Below, piece after piece: positions 14,556-27,406 of a stretch of DNA of 64,000 nucleotides. Below the pieces are notes generated by a model, which was given only the letters and a program-made list of their open reading frames with translations, was not told where the DNA came from and made no database searches. This stretch comes from Cycas panzhihuaensis (lineage: Eukaryota; Plantae; Cycadophyta), in the NCBI GenBank assembly GCA_023213395.1, contig CM041465.1, positions 250,239,741-250,303,740 of the forward strand. Reading direction: 5' to 3'. The position numbers were made by a program, and so were the translations under genes. The stretch's first letter is position 1. Each line of letters begins with the position of its first letter.

Positions 14556-15129
14556 GGTATAATATTGAATATGATAAGATTTTATGAGCATTCTTACTTA
14601 GGAGTACTTTTTAGCCAAGCAATATCCATGTGATAACCTTATTTTTATTTTAGTACCAATAGTTTAATTTCTTCTTAAAAAAATAAATCCTTCTTTTGAT
14701 AAAAAATTCACATAAGAACTACCCTCTTAAACTGCCCTATCATTAAAAACTAATTATTTTAACAATTTTACTAGGGACCCATTCCATTGTTTTGTAATAA
14801 TTATAATATAATCCAAGATTGAAATTATCAACCATTATATTTTAATGTATTCAAGTGGCATAAAAGGCTTTAAAAAAAGAGTTTAATTAATTACCAAATA
14901 GTTCTTAATTTATAGTTCATCATATTTTCAATATTTAAGATTTATTTATTTGGAGCTCATGTTATCTTCATTATGTCATTTTCCATAGCTTATTCATTTA
15001 CTCTACTTTTCCTTACCCATGAGGACTTCTCTTCCTTTAGTTCTTACTAGTCTTTATATGAACTCATTGAGACCCATCATAATTCCATGTATTTCATAAG
15101 TATTTATTTTCCTTTAAATAATAAAGAGA

Positions 15130-18100
15130 ATCAAGAACAAGGATGTGAAAATGAAGAGTAAGTGAAGGTGTAGATTTACAATAATGCCATATGGTTAGAC
15201 TTCTTAAATTATTCATGATTATGATCTCTTCTTATATTTGCTATTTCTAAAATTCAATGGAGTAAAATCAATTGATTTGGATAGAATCTTTAGGAAGTTA
15301 CTAATGAGGATAATTTATTAGGAAATGCAACTAAAGCAAACAAGGTCGATAAGATCTTTTAAATCAAGCAGATATCAAGTAAAAATAGATAGCACAGTAC
15401 ACCATATTGCCATGAGAAACCCTTACAAGTGAAAACCTACAAATGAATAATAATTCACATTATGACAAAATGATGATACTAAAAAGATGGACTTTGATCT
15501 ATATTTATAGATCTAAAGTGCCAAATATAATTACAATTTACATCCATTAGGTCACTACAATCAAGAATATTTCTCCACATAATTAGGCATAAAAATATGG
15601 AGGCCCACTTTACATTAGGTGGTATGGATATATTTTCTAATATCCCTTCTTAATGTAAATGTGGGGCAATAAGGATTATCATTGGGAATAAATCCCCTCT
15701 CAAGGATAACCTTATCCAACCTAATATGCATAAACGTCGATGTAGCGATTATCAGTCAGGTGTGATGGTGCTATGATTTGTATATACTCAATTCTTTGGA
15801 AATGCTCCAACAGACCTCCAACCATATAACTCTCTCTGTACTTGACACTTCGTCCATTCAACTCAGTCGCATTCCTTTGATTAAACCAAGAGGTTGAGTC
15901 ACTTGAGCCATATGAATCACCTCTTCAAGTCTTCATTAAGGAACATTGATATGATATGATACCCAATTATCTGAAGTTGCTGAAGTAAGGATCAAATGGA
16001 CCAAAGAACATAGAGACTAGTGTAAAATATCTCATCATACCTTAATCCTTATTCCTACTAGAGATCACTTGTATAACAAGCTTACCAACTTGCAAATTGA
16101 CTAGGTACTTGCTTCAATATAGCTCTCCATCATGAATCTGTACTCACTGGAATGTTGGTATCTATTAGAAGTTTTGACTAACATGTTGATCCATAATCTT
16201 CTATCATCTTGCAAGTCTTCAACTATTAATGGAATATGGGGTTGTAATCCATGTCTCATTATCTAACAACTCCTCATCATCAATCTCTCACTAAGTCCTG
16301 CTTTCATCTCAAGCACAATGTTAGGCAAATAAACCTCCACGCCTGCTAAATAACGACTTAAAAAAGTGAAGCAAAAAACTTGTAACCAAATAACACTCAG
16401 CATGATACACCAACAACTCTTTAACTCAACATCTAGACTAATCACAATGCATTCCCCTATAGATCACACTATTTATAAGTTAAACAATACATAAGCTTCA
16501 AACTCTTGTAATCTTACTGCTACAATCTTCGTCTAATATTTGTGCACTCCAATGCACCAAAGGGAACAATTGGAAGGCTTATGACTTAGTCTAAACATAC
16601 AACAAGAGGGGAATATATGCCATAAATAGTTACAACAGGGGTACCCATACCTGTCCACTACAGCTTCTACTAACAAAACAAGGGAGGCAAACCATAACAT
16701 GCACCTAACCTCACCATCTGCATCATGATACTCACTTAAATATAACCTAATAGGCCAACAGATAAAGGCATAACTAATTTTTAAGGTAATTCATTTTAGA
16801 CCTTTCCATTTACACTTGAAATTTCATTAAGCACTCTATCTCGGTTCTACATTAGACTTGTTCATATATGCATCCATGTTGAATTAGCATTAAACCTAGC
16901 CACAAACCTCATGCTATCATCAGTCTAACTAGCAAAGCATAACGGTCCATCATCAATTGACAACCACTCATACAAGCAAATTCTGAACTTCGTGTCATCT
17001 CATATATATCTAATGTAATAGAACTCGAATATAACTGAACAAATCACTCATTTCACTGACTAATCACATAAATCTAAACTTTGTGCAATGATCTATGCCA
17101 TACTCAAATAGTAATAGAGTTTATAATAACTTGTAGTTAAGGTATTTCATGTAAACTTGCCCATTTTCACCCAAACTTGCCTAATCTCGCCTATCACGCA
17201 CTAAAATATGCCCAATTAGCTTGCCATGTAATCTCACATGCAACAAGCATCTTAGCCTCATCTTGCCCTTCTCTCTCGCCCTCTTCTTCACCCATAAAGC
17301 TCCTTCATGTATGTCACATTCTAAGGAGCATAATACCACCTCATATTACCCATCTCGCCACCAATGCTCTCTCATGTAACCACATGCAAAAAATCATGCC
17401 ACATCTCTTATGCAATCGCATGAAAGAGATTCTCATTTTGCCATTAAACAGTCACTAATAGAGCACCTCAAATCACCAATAGTCATCATTGAAACTTTAT
17501 AAAATATATTTGTGTCATTTTGTCAAAAGGTACACTTATATCACAAAGCTGAATTAAATAAAAAATAACTCGCAATACCATATACCATTAAATATCTCAT
17601 AAATAAAGAAAGACACCAAAATATATTAAAATAACTTTAATGATAAAAGGGCAATTATCAAACCCCAAACTCAATAAAAAAACATAATCGATTAAGGGAT
17701 GATTGACGTTGGGCAAAAATGATTAAAATAAATCAATATAGAAAGGCGGTGGCATATGTTGAATACTCTCTATGACAACCTGCATATATATCATTCAGGC
17801 GACATTGAACATGATGTACCTCCAGGTGATAAATGTATTAACAGTAGGCCAAACATAATCTATGAGCAACTTGATTTAGCAATTGACGATAGTCTTCAAC
17901 AAAAGGCGACGACTACAATAAATAATAATCCATGGGTGACATTGATAATCAAACGACTCTACGAGCGATCAAAATAAATCAACAACGACACATCTGTATC
18001 TTGGCTGTGAAGATATAAATGACACAAGCGAATGGAGGTTCACACATAACATTAATAGTGGTATTATATCATCATGCGATGAATAGACGTAGTTGGAAAT

Positions 18101-19900
18101 TAGATAATCAGATGTACAATGAGTAAATAATGCAAATAAGCAACAAAATCTCAGGGGCATCAATATGATAATAGCATGTGAGGATAACTCAAATATACTA
18201 GCAATCAATATATTCAAACAGAATATAAGAAAGGGCATCAATATTATCAACACAAACTGTGGATATAATATATATGCACCACACCGTGATAAAAAAAATA
18301 TATGGTGAACCATATATTTGAATCATACATCACACAAATATTATACAGGCAAAATATATTCATGGGCAGCTAATAATATGAAGGGCGATATAATATATTA
18401 GTCGATAATGTAGAATATACAAGGAGTAGACCTTAATAGCTTTTAAACCCTAAAATTTATCAACTAAGTGTTAATATATTGCAGTACTATGAGCATACCT
18501 CTATATTATTACTAGATTAATGATTTCACAATTTTGCAACAACTTGTTAGGGTTTTTGCACTTTTTCACTGGAAACAGAGGGTTGGCAATCGATTCTATG
18601 ATATGCAAACTCAGTGCCAACATCAAGTAGGGATCTAGCATCTTTAGTAGGCTCAAACAACACTTACATGGATGACAACAGAGTCAAAACTTGTCCACAC
18701 AACTCCATATAACTCAGAGTACTTGCAAATAATGGAGAGAATTCTCTTGGGATCTTCAACGATCATTTGCACCTCTGTGGCTATTCTGCAAGGTCATCGG
18801 GCACACCAGTCTACTAAGGGCAATCCAACATGACCTAGCACCATCGATTGAACCTCCAACAACATTCATCTACCTGTTCACAACCTACAAGTTCTGACAC
18901 CATGTTACAAAATGTAATTGAAGTAAATAATGTTGACATGATCTTTCACATCATGCATATATCAAGTAGAAACAGATAGCATAGTACACCATATTGCCAT
19001 GGGAAACCCTTATCGGTGAAAACCCATAAATGAATAATAATTCACATTATGACAAAATGATTATACTACAAAGATGGACTTTGATCTAGATTTATAGATA
19101 TAAAGTGCCAAATCTAATTACAATTTACATCCATTAGGTCACTACAATCAAGAATATTCCTCCACATAATCAGGCATAAAAATATGGAGGCCCATTTTAC
19201 ATTCTGCGGTATGGACACATTTTCTAACACAATTATTATGGTTAGACATGGAATACTCTTGATTAGTTATTTAAGTTCTTGGGTATACTCTTTGGCTTCC
19301 AAGCCTCTTTTACAACTATGTGGGATATGGTAGTAGCCAAGGCTGAAAAAAAATGATCACACTAAATGTGAAGGAGGTGAGTTGAATTGTAAAGTACTAG
19401 ATATATCTTAAGAGATTAGTAGCTACACACATATTGTTTTTCATATTAGATGCCTTCAAAGGTTTCCTATCTTAAACCTTTTAATCTACTTAAAGCCTTC
19501 ACACTATCCATAGTTGAAAGTGAGAAGGGGTTTCACAAAGTTAAAAGGGAAATGCATTGTATAATTTAGGCTAAAGCAAGTCTTTCCATTATAGATATTT
19601 AAAGATAAGAGATAGACCTTTGTGCTATATAGATAATGAGATACTTAGAAGAGAAAGAAGATTGGAAAAGATTGATTAAATATAACACGACTAAGGGACT
19701 TATCTTTAGGAATTATAGTTGAGAAATTCTCCCTACTCATACCTTATATTTAGCTCTTATACCATATGAAGTTGTAAACAATTATACATTTTAAATCATC
19801 TCAAAGTATTAATTAAGCTATAAGCACTTCTCCTCTTGGAAATGAGAAAGACTAGGGAAAGACCTTACTATTAGGAAACACTCATTATAGTGGTCCCTAC
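15130..19900 (+). pseudogene. Possible remnant of a Tat-type accessory ORF, split by the 15316-19229 insertion
   Basis: Fragments across frameshifts: LWLDMEY (~19236), RLVATHIL (~19412-19436), KSFHYRY (~19578-19598). These resemble from memory the extra ORF of conifer gypsy elements; no intact ORF. Confidence 0.3.
15316..19229 (-). mobile_element. Non-autonomous copia-derived LTR element (LARD-like, 3.9 kb)
   Basis: LTRs 15316-15642 and 18903-19229; PBS complement gttctgacacca 18891-18902; PPT complement tcccttcttaa after 15642; TSD taatt/caatt. Only a terminal RNase H tail (~15690-15750) similar to 13340-13397; no gag or pol motifs recognised inside. Confidence 0.88.
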
Positions 19901-22227
19901 TTATACATAGAGAGCTTCCATGGTTCACAACCCTTCATTTTTCCAAGATGGTTTGGAAAATTATCCATGACCTTTATAACCTTACTCGTAAGAACTAGAA
20001 ATCTTAATAGACTATCAAGAGTGATTTTTATCCTACTAATCCAAATAGGATATTATTAAGAGAAGTAAGAGACATCGTTCTTAATATTTATGCTTGAAAA
20101 GTTCTTGAAATTTTTACCAAAATCCCTCCTCCTTTATTTACTTTCTTTAAGACCTATGCAAAAAATACTATAATCAGACTCAATGGAGTGTGAGCTTGAA
20201 TGAATCTCCCTCCATGTAGAAAAGGAGGTTTGAAAGACTATTGAATGCACTAATGGAGCCTACAAAAGGATTTCTTACCTTATCTCTAATTCACCAAGGG
20301 GTTTTTATTAAAGTAAGGCTTATAAAATAGGCTTCAAATTGCACCCTACCGTATTTATAAGAGAAGAGAAATGGTGTTACACTTCTTCTTCTAGTGTCCT
20401 TTTACTGAAAGCCTTTAGGGATGGATACTTTTTTTCATTGAGCCAATGGCATATTCCTATTCAAGTTACACTTTGTTAAGGCACTTAGACCCATGTTCCA
20501 AGACTTTTCATATCACATGCTATGTTCTTGGGATTTAGGTATTGTTTACTATTTAGAAAAATAGGCAAAAAAAAACATGTTATTAAAAATAATCACAATC
20601 TTTATTTAGTTGCTAATGAGTTATGCATTTCTATTCTAGTTAATTGTTCATTGTAGATGAGGGTTTAAATTAAGAAAGTAAAATTAAAAGTGGAGTGCTT
20701 GGTGAGCTTATTATATTTTGGGCCATAACCCATGTATTATTAGTAGGATACCCCTTCAAAATGAGAAAAATCCTTCCTATATCTAGATTAGGAGTAGAGG
20801 CAAACATACTTAAGAGAAGGCCCCTTAAAGCTAGAGGCAATGCTTATAGTCCTAGTCTCTCCATAAATAATTGGGTGATCAATGCTCCTTTAATGGCCTT
20901 ATCAATGTATATAGCTTAAGAAGAATGTGGGTGGGAGCCCTAATAAACTAAGCCTATGATGAACTTATAATAAACGGTTATGGGCCTTCTCCCTCTATTA
21001 GGGTAAATCTTGGATAATAATAAGTAGTAATCGTGAATGTCTTACCTTAGAAGGAGGATGAGCTAGAACTTGCCCATGATACATGATGCTTTATTGATCC
21101 AAGTTCCTACATATTTTTCTATTGTCTTACCTATGCTTTTAGTTGTGTGCCATAATTATTGGCAACTTCTAATTAGTCGAGGGTCTATCTTTATAAGATC
21201 ATATGGATGTAACTAGCTTTTTATCCCTTATTATAAGGTATGAACCCAATGATAATGTTGAAGAGGCCTTCAATCACCCTTTTTATCATTAATCATGTAA
21301 TTGTTCTCAATTTAATTTTATCATATTTCTAACAAAAAAGATTTTATGTTAATGAATCTTTTTCATTTTTTTCCTTATGAAAAAAGTTAAGACTAATGAA
21401 AAGCATAAGGGTGTTACCTTCTTTTATTAGTATATATTAATGATTTAATTCTTCTTAAGATTGATATTATCATTTGAATGTTGAAATTAATAAGGTAATA
21501 TTTTAAGGATATAATAAGGTAAATTTAGTGATCAATCCATACCTTAAATTACCAAGCCAAGATTTAACTTGCTAATTAGAATCTATAAAGTCATCTCTAA
21601 TCAATAATAAATGCATTGAAGAAAAAATTAATAAATGAGAATAATCATTACAATGGGGGATTATACATTCATCTATTTATACTCAATTGATTAGTCAATA
21701 GAACAACCTAACTATAAACAAATAATTTCAAGTTAAAGTGAGTTATCATGTTGATGAACTTCCATATGTATCAAAAACAAAGAATAAAACTATTTAGTAT
21801 TTGTATTAGGATTCATTCAAGTGATAAAATAACAACTTAGTCTTTCATTATGGAATTCTTACAAATCTAATTTTACAAAATTCTAAAATTCACATAATTT
21901 TAATAATAATGTTTCTTTAAGCATTGGGCATTAATATGACTATAAATGTCTAACCCTATAAAATTGAATATTTGAAATAATCATTCCTTATAATTCTTAA
22001 GAATCGCATAAGGACCCAACCATAAATTTTGAAAAACTTGGCATGCTTGTTTTTTCTTTTTTTCATTGCTTCACATTTTAATACTTATATTTTATTTTAT
22101 TTTATTTTACTTGTTAATTATTTTAAAATTTTCCTTTTGTTGAATAATAATTTTATTAAATTATGGTGGATTTCTACTTGTTGTTAGACTCTTAACTAGG
22201 ATTCTCCCAATTGAGACAATTCAAACA

Positions 22228-22409
22228 ATCTCACCTTTAATCTCTTCAATATTGTTAAGTCATTATTAATTATAGAATTTTAAAATGAGATTTCAACTTG
22301 AATACACAATACTATTTTATCTCACCTTTAATCTCTTCAATATTGTTAAGTCATTATTAATTATAGAAATTTAAAATGAGATTTCAACTTGAATACACAA
22401 TACTATTTT
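22228..22409. repeat. Tandem duplication, 2 x 91 bp
   Basis: Unit atctcacctttaatctc...aatactatttt starts at 22228 and 22319; one mismatch seen. Confidence 0.95.
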
Positions 22410-22599
22410 AATCAAATAGAATACTTGAAACAAAGCGAATTTGATAGTAGTTTGGTGTGCTAATAATGGTGGGCAATTTTTTAAATATCAACTACTTTAT
22501 TCATGATAATAGTTATTTTTTTTCTTATTTTAAATTAAATTTAGACTAATATTTTATAGGTCAATTTTGACTACCCATTTAGTTATGAGTGATGTATAA

Positions 22600-23210
22600 A
22601 GAATATATTTTGGAAAACTATTGTATTGAAGATTTGAATTCCTATATTGATATGAGGCACACTAAACTTACATGCAAGTTTATTAACAATATAACCATCA
22701 ATGGTACATGAATCATTTTAGTACAATTGAATAACTTCTTCTCATTTAAAACAATAATTTATTACACCAATTGCTTACATATGACCTTTGTAATATGAAA
22801 CAACTACATTAATAAAACTAAATCTCATTTTAAAAGGATTAGAAGGTGTAATACAATAAACTAACAAACTGTAGTGATGTCCTTTCATATAGATTTTATA
22901 AACAAGATATGACATAATACATTTAAATACACTAGAGAATACTCTTGGTCAATGGTATCTGACATGGAAATATTTCTTTATGATGACTTTCTTAAAATTA
23001 GTTCCACCATAACAACTCAAAAGGTATTTATATAGGATTCCATTGATGTCTTCCTTTTCAGTGCATTTAAGTAAAACCCCATTAATAGAATCCTTAAAAA
23101 GGGTTCCATCCATCAATATAAACTTGTATGTGTTTTGTTTGATTAGAAAGCCCATTTTTGAAGATTAGTTTTGGAGATAAAGAATCAAGTTAGAAAATTG
23201 ATCGTCTTTA
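22600..23210 (-). mobile_element. Degenerate gypsy (Tat-like) integrase fragment
   Basis: ORF 22949-23155 YKFILMDGTLFKDSINGVLLKCTEKED..GG..RYH followed by a WP-like motif; resembles the pre-integrase/zinc-binding region (cf. 6230-6420 in this window). Confidence 0.7.
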
Positions 23211-24349
23211 ATACACTTATATAAAAAATGTAACTAATTAAACAACATCGAGTGGGAATGGAAGGTCATACACATATCCTACCAAGCAATCAAGGATGGG
23301 GTAAATGAGCAAGAGGGAACAAACTCAAACTCTCGCTTGAGGCACTCGTGTATCTTATAGATGAAAGTGCAAATAATAGAAAGATGATCTTAGATTAGGG
23401 GCAAATGTATGTGTGTTCATGCTATAAGAAATAAGGAGGGAAGACCCTAAAAAAGTAACTAAACAATTAACCAAGCATGTAAAGATATAGATAGGTAGAT
23501 GCAAAAGCAACATTGCATAGTAGAAAAGAAGAAAGCTAACTGACTGAACTACAAAAAAAGAAAGAGAAACAATCTAGTCTAATTAGTAGATGCCCTTAAA
23601 AAGACCAAACAACACCCAATAAAAGAGTTCTTGGGATCTGAGAGGACTATTAGGTCATGTGTATCCCAACTGTAAATGTGATCTATATGCCTACCCTAAT
23701 TCAACTACCCTCCCAAAGTGACTGACCTATCTTAACCCAATGCTTACATAAAGCTAAATGACGAGACTTGATGTAGAAAGTCGAGAAAAGAGTGATAAGA
23801 AGAAGAGCCCTGAAAGAGCTAAGATTATAAGATAAATCTACTCGTGGATAAGTCAATGAAGACTTGTTAATGCCAGTAACCCACTCTACATGAATGTGGA
23901 GCAGTCAAGCAGTGTCCACGTCTAGATCTGATGCACCTTATTAAACTCTAAATGGTGAAATAGATAAGAAGAAGCCACTCTCAACGAGAATGGATAATGT
24001 TCACTTAATTATATGAACTGTATATGGAAGGGATAATTACCCACCATTGATTCGTTCATAACACAATGTAAAGGACTTAACGTATCTAGGGCCTAAGGCC
24101 ACTTATCTTGTTTGGTAATAAAATCTGGGTAGAAACAAAGTGGCCCCTCATTTCAATAGAGAAAACCCTATTATTGACTTAGAACTAGGGAGCAAACAAC
24201 ACACAACTATAAGGCAACTAATATATGATTCTAATTGAATGAAAGCAACAAAGAATCCTAATTTAGATTTAAACTTTTAGCCCCATGGATTCGAGGAATT
24301 AAGATTAAGTTTTGAGATAAATAATCAAGTTAGAAAATTTATCATCCTT

Positions 24350-24611
24350 TATCTATCTATCTATCTATCTGTCTGTCTGTCTATCTATCTATCTATCAAT
24401 CAATCAATCAATCAATCTATTTATCTATCTATGAATCAGTCAGTCAGTCAGTCTATTTATCAATCAATCAATCAATCAATCTATCTATCTATCTATCTAT
24501 CGATCTATTGATCGATCGATCGATCAATCAATCAATCAATCAATCTATCAATCAATCAATCAATCAATCTATCTCTCTATTAGTCTATCAATGAGTCAGT
24601 CAGTCAGTGAG

Positions 24612-24645
<34 letters not shown>

Positions 24646-24657
24646 TATCTATCTATT
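24350..24657. repeat. Compound tetranucleotide microsatellite (ATCT/GTCT/ATCA/GTCA/ATCG blocks)
   Basis: About 300 bp of largely in-register 4-mer blocks differing by single substitutions. Confidence 0.95.
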
Positions 24658-26614
24658 GATGGAAGCTTTTTTCGTGCACTATGAAAGGAGGAGAAATGCT
24701 AGGAGGAAATTATATGAAGGAAGAGATGAGAGAGGATTTTAGAGTGGGAAATTATTTGAGGATTTGAGAAGTGCCCAATTAGTACATAAGGTAGTTTAAA
24801 TTCCCACTGGTTCTTGAAATATCATGCATTAACTTATCAACAACGCCCAAAATCCCTTGAACTTCTACATCATTCCTCACCATTGAATTCTTGGATGAGC
24901 CAAATGATGGTTGGGACCCAAACATGCACCTTTAAACTTGGTTGTGATGTGATTCATTACGACATATGCAATTAGAGAAAACATGTGTAATGAACATTAT
25001 AATAGGTTGAATAAAACTCACTCGCATGCTCCTTTATAGACAACTTGTATGAAGGCTTGTAGAGTACACTAGATAACTAAACAATTCTGTGAATGTAAGG
25101 AGTTGCACAACATGGAGAGCACCTACTACTAAAATCATTGTAGAGCATTGAAAAGCAAGAGATTGAGAGATATAAAAAGAGATTTAATGGGTTCCCATCT
25201 TAGACAGATCATACATTGTGTCATTGCAAGAAAATGAGAGGTGCATGAAGATATTATAGATTAGTCGCTCACAATTAAATTTCATAGTTGTCACTATTGG
25301 AAATACACAATGTTTAGCCTTAGATTATGTGAATTATTTCATAAGCAAATGGTTCAAAAAGTAAATATTTTATAGTTTTTAACATTCTTTTTCCCTGAAG
25401 ATCTTCGGTTTGTTAGAAAATTATTGAACATCTTTGGCATTTAAACATGGAATATTCAACTCTAGATTGGATTATGGTCTCGAAACCTGCAAACAAGAGC
25501 ATTACATTTTGGTTATCAAAATGCTTGTAACTATTTTTAATGTCAATAGCACAAATTGACTATAACCATATCATAGTTTGATTAGGGCTATGCCACTAAG
25601 TTAGGACTATATTGCTACATATAAGGGTAAGAATGAGAACCAACTTCCTAGACTTCCTCGTATAATATTAGCTCTAATTCAAACTATGAGACTCCCTAGG
25701 CATTTACCTGTTTTGCAAAGCATACTTTTAGTTTAATAAAATGCATGTGATCACCGTGGATTATTATTTAAAGGTGCATTGCCTACTAACTAAAGTGGTT
25801 TTTCTTGGGAAGATAAACACCAAAGGAAAAAATTTCACTTCAACATCATGGATTTGTTCAGTCGCATAGTCTATAGCCCTCTTTTGACCTGCATATTTTT
25901 GCATCAAAACAGAAAAATAAATAACTACATATGTAAATGTATGTGAAGAGTGTACTTTTCGTTACAATTGGGTTGAATCAAAACAACAAAGAAATATCTA
26001 TCCGTTTCTGAAATCTGTACACCGATGTTTCTCATAAACAAAAAGCACTCACTGTTGAAGACCATACTTGAAAGAAATGCTCTGTGACAACAAAAGCAAC
26101 CCAACATACAAATTTTGAAGTCAGGACCTTTGCTCACGAATTTTTAACACGCCAGAATTTGTTCGTTAACACACCGATTGAATTGCAGATCCATATTAAA
26201 GAAAGAACCCCGCCTCCCCTACAAAAAAGTGGTGTTAATAATCACATTGCTTTTTATTGTTACACAAAATTGATTTGCTGAAAATTCCCAGTCAGTGTCG
26301 AATATGATATAAATTAGATATGCTGCTACAATTACAGTTGAATCCTCTGCACATATGGTATTACACCACACTGGTTCCTCATCAATATAACAAAGGGAGA
26401 CTCTGGGTGACCATTAACAGTCCAAATATCATCTATCGTATTCAGTGCTGGTTCCCCCAGCTCTGATTATACCCGTGTTGCATCAAATGTAACGAATTGA
26501 GTCCTTCCAGATTAGTTCGTCCCATGACAAGCCTACAACTCCGAACGGGTCCAATTAATTAACAGCTGTACGCTCTCATAACATAGAAGAATAAAATATT
26601 CGCTACCCATTGTT

Positions 26615-27163
26615 AATGGATTGGACCCTTATTATTATTATGAGAGAGATCTGTGATATTGTTATGAGAGAGGTCTAAGATTCACATCTGTTGTATATTT
26701 GCCTCTAATCTGATAGAATGTGACCTTCTAAGCAGTTTGGCCTGATCCCCAATTCCACAAAATGCCAAATATTTCCAAGCCATTTGGGAATATTACCAGG
26801 CATGCTATTGTTTTCAAGATATAAGACTTCGGAGTGTGCGTAGTATTTGCAGGACGGAGAAATCCACTTACCACGCTCAGAGAAATATTGTCATCGTCAG
26901 AGGGATTGCTCAGGACGGGTTTGATGACGTGGGGCGTGACGTGTTTATCACGTTGGAGGCCCTTCCACTCACAGCAATGGAATCCCTTCCACGTTGACAG
27001 CATTCTGAGAGACTGAGATGTCCAGCTTTGAATGCAAGGAAGGACATGCGTCTATGCTCTGGGCACGTCCTCCAGGAGAGGATATTTGACAACCAGTATC
27101 TTCGTTAACCATGCACAGCAAAGCAAGTACGGTGGCTCCCTTATTATATCCATGAAATTCCAT
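26615..27163 (-). pseudogene. LRR receptor-like protein (RLP/RLK ectodomain) pseudogene, frameshifted and internally deleted
   Basis: Joining frames: signal-like MEFHGYNKGATVLALLCM; LRRNT cap CPEHRRMSFLAFKAG / LSTWKGFHCCEWKGLQRD..HVIK; plant LRRs EVLYLENNSMPGNIPKWLGNIWHFVELGIRPNCLEGHILSD* and ILDLSHNNITDLSHNNNKGPI. Confidence 0.85.
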
Positions 27164-27280
27164 AATTTCTCCAAGATTGCCTACCTCGGTGCATTATGGA
27201 ATGACTGGCTTTTCAGAAGATCCCTGCCATAAAAATGGAAGCCCACCAAGGAGAAATACGCAGAACATGGTGGAGTAAAT

Positions 27281-27406
27281 TTGACCAACTGCCTACATAA
27301 GAAAGGGGAGAGGGGATGGGGTGGGAGATTGAAGGTTCAAGAGTATCGTATTTGGAAAATGGCAATATTTAATAATGAGTAAATGGAGTTTCATAATTTT
27401 TTGACC
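27281..27406. promoter_or_regulatory. Two W-box cores (TTGACC) upstream of the LRR pseudogene
   Basis: TTGACC at 27281-27286 and 27401-27406, ~120-240 bp upstream of the ATG. These are short motifs and could be chance. Confidence 0.25.

Noticed and set aside
26405-26465. PALNTIDDIW on the minus strand resembling NB-ARC kinase-2
   Set aside because: A single short motif without P-loop or other NB-ARC motifs in frame.
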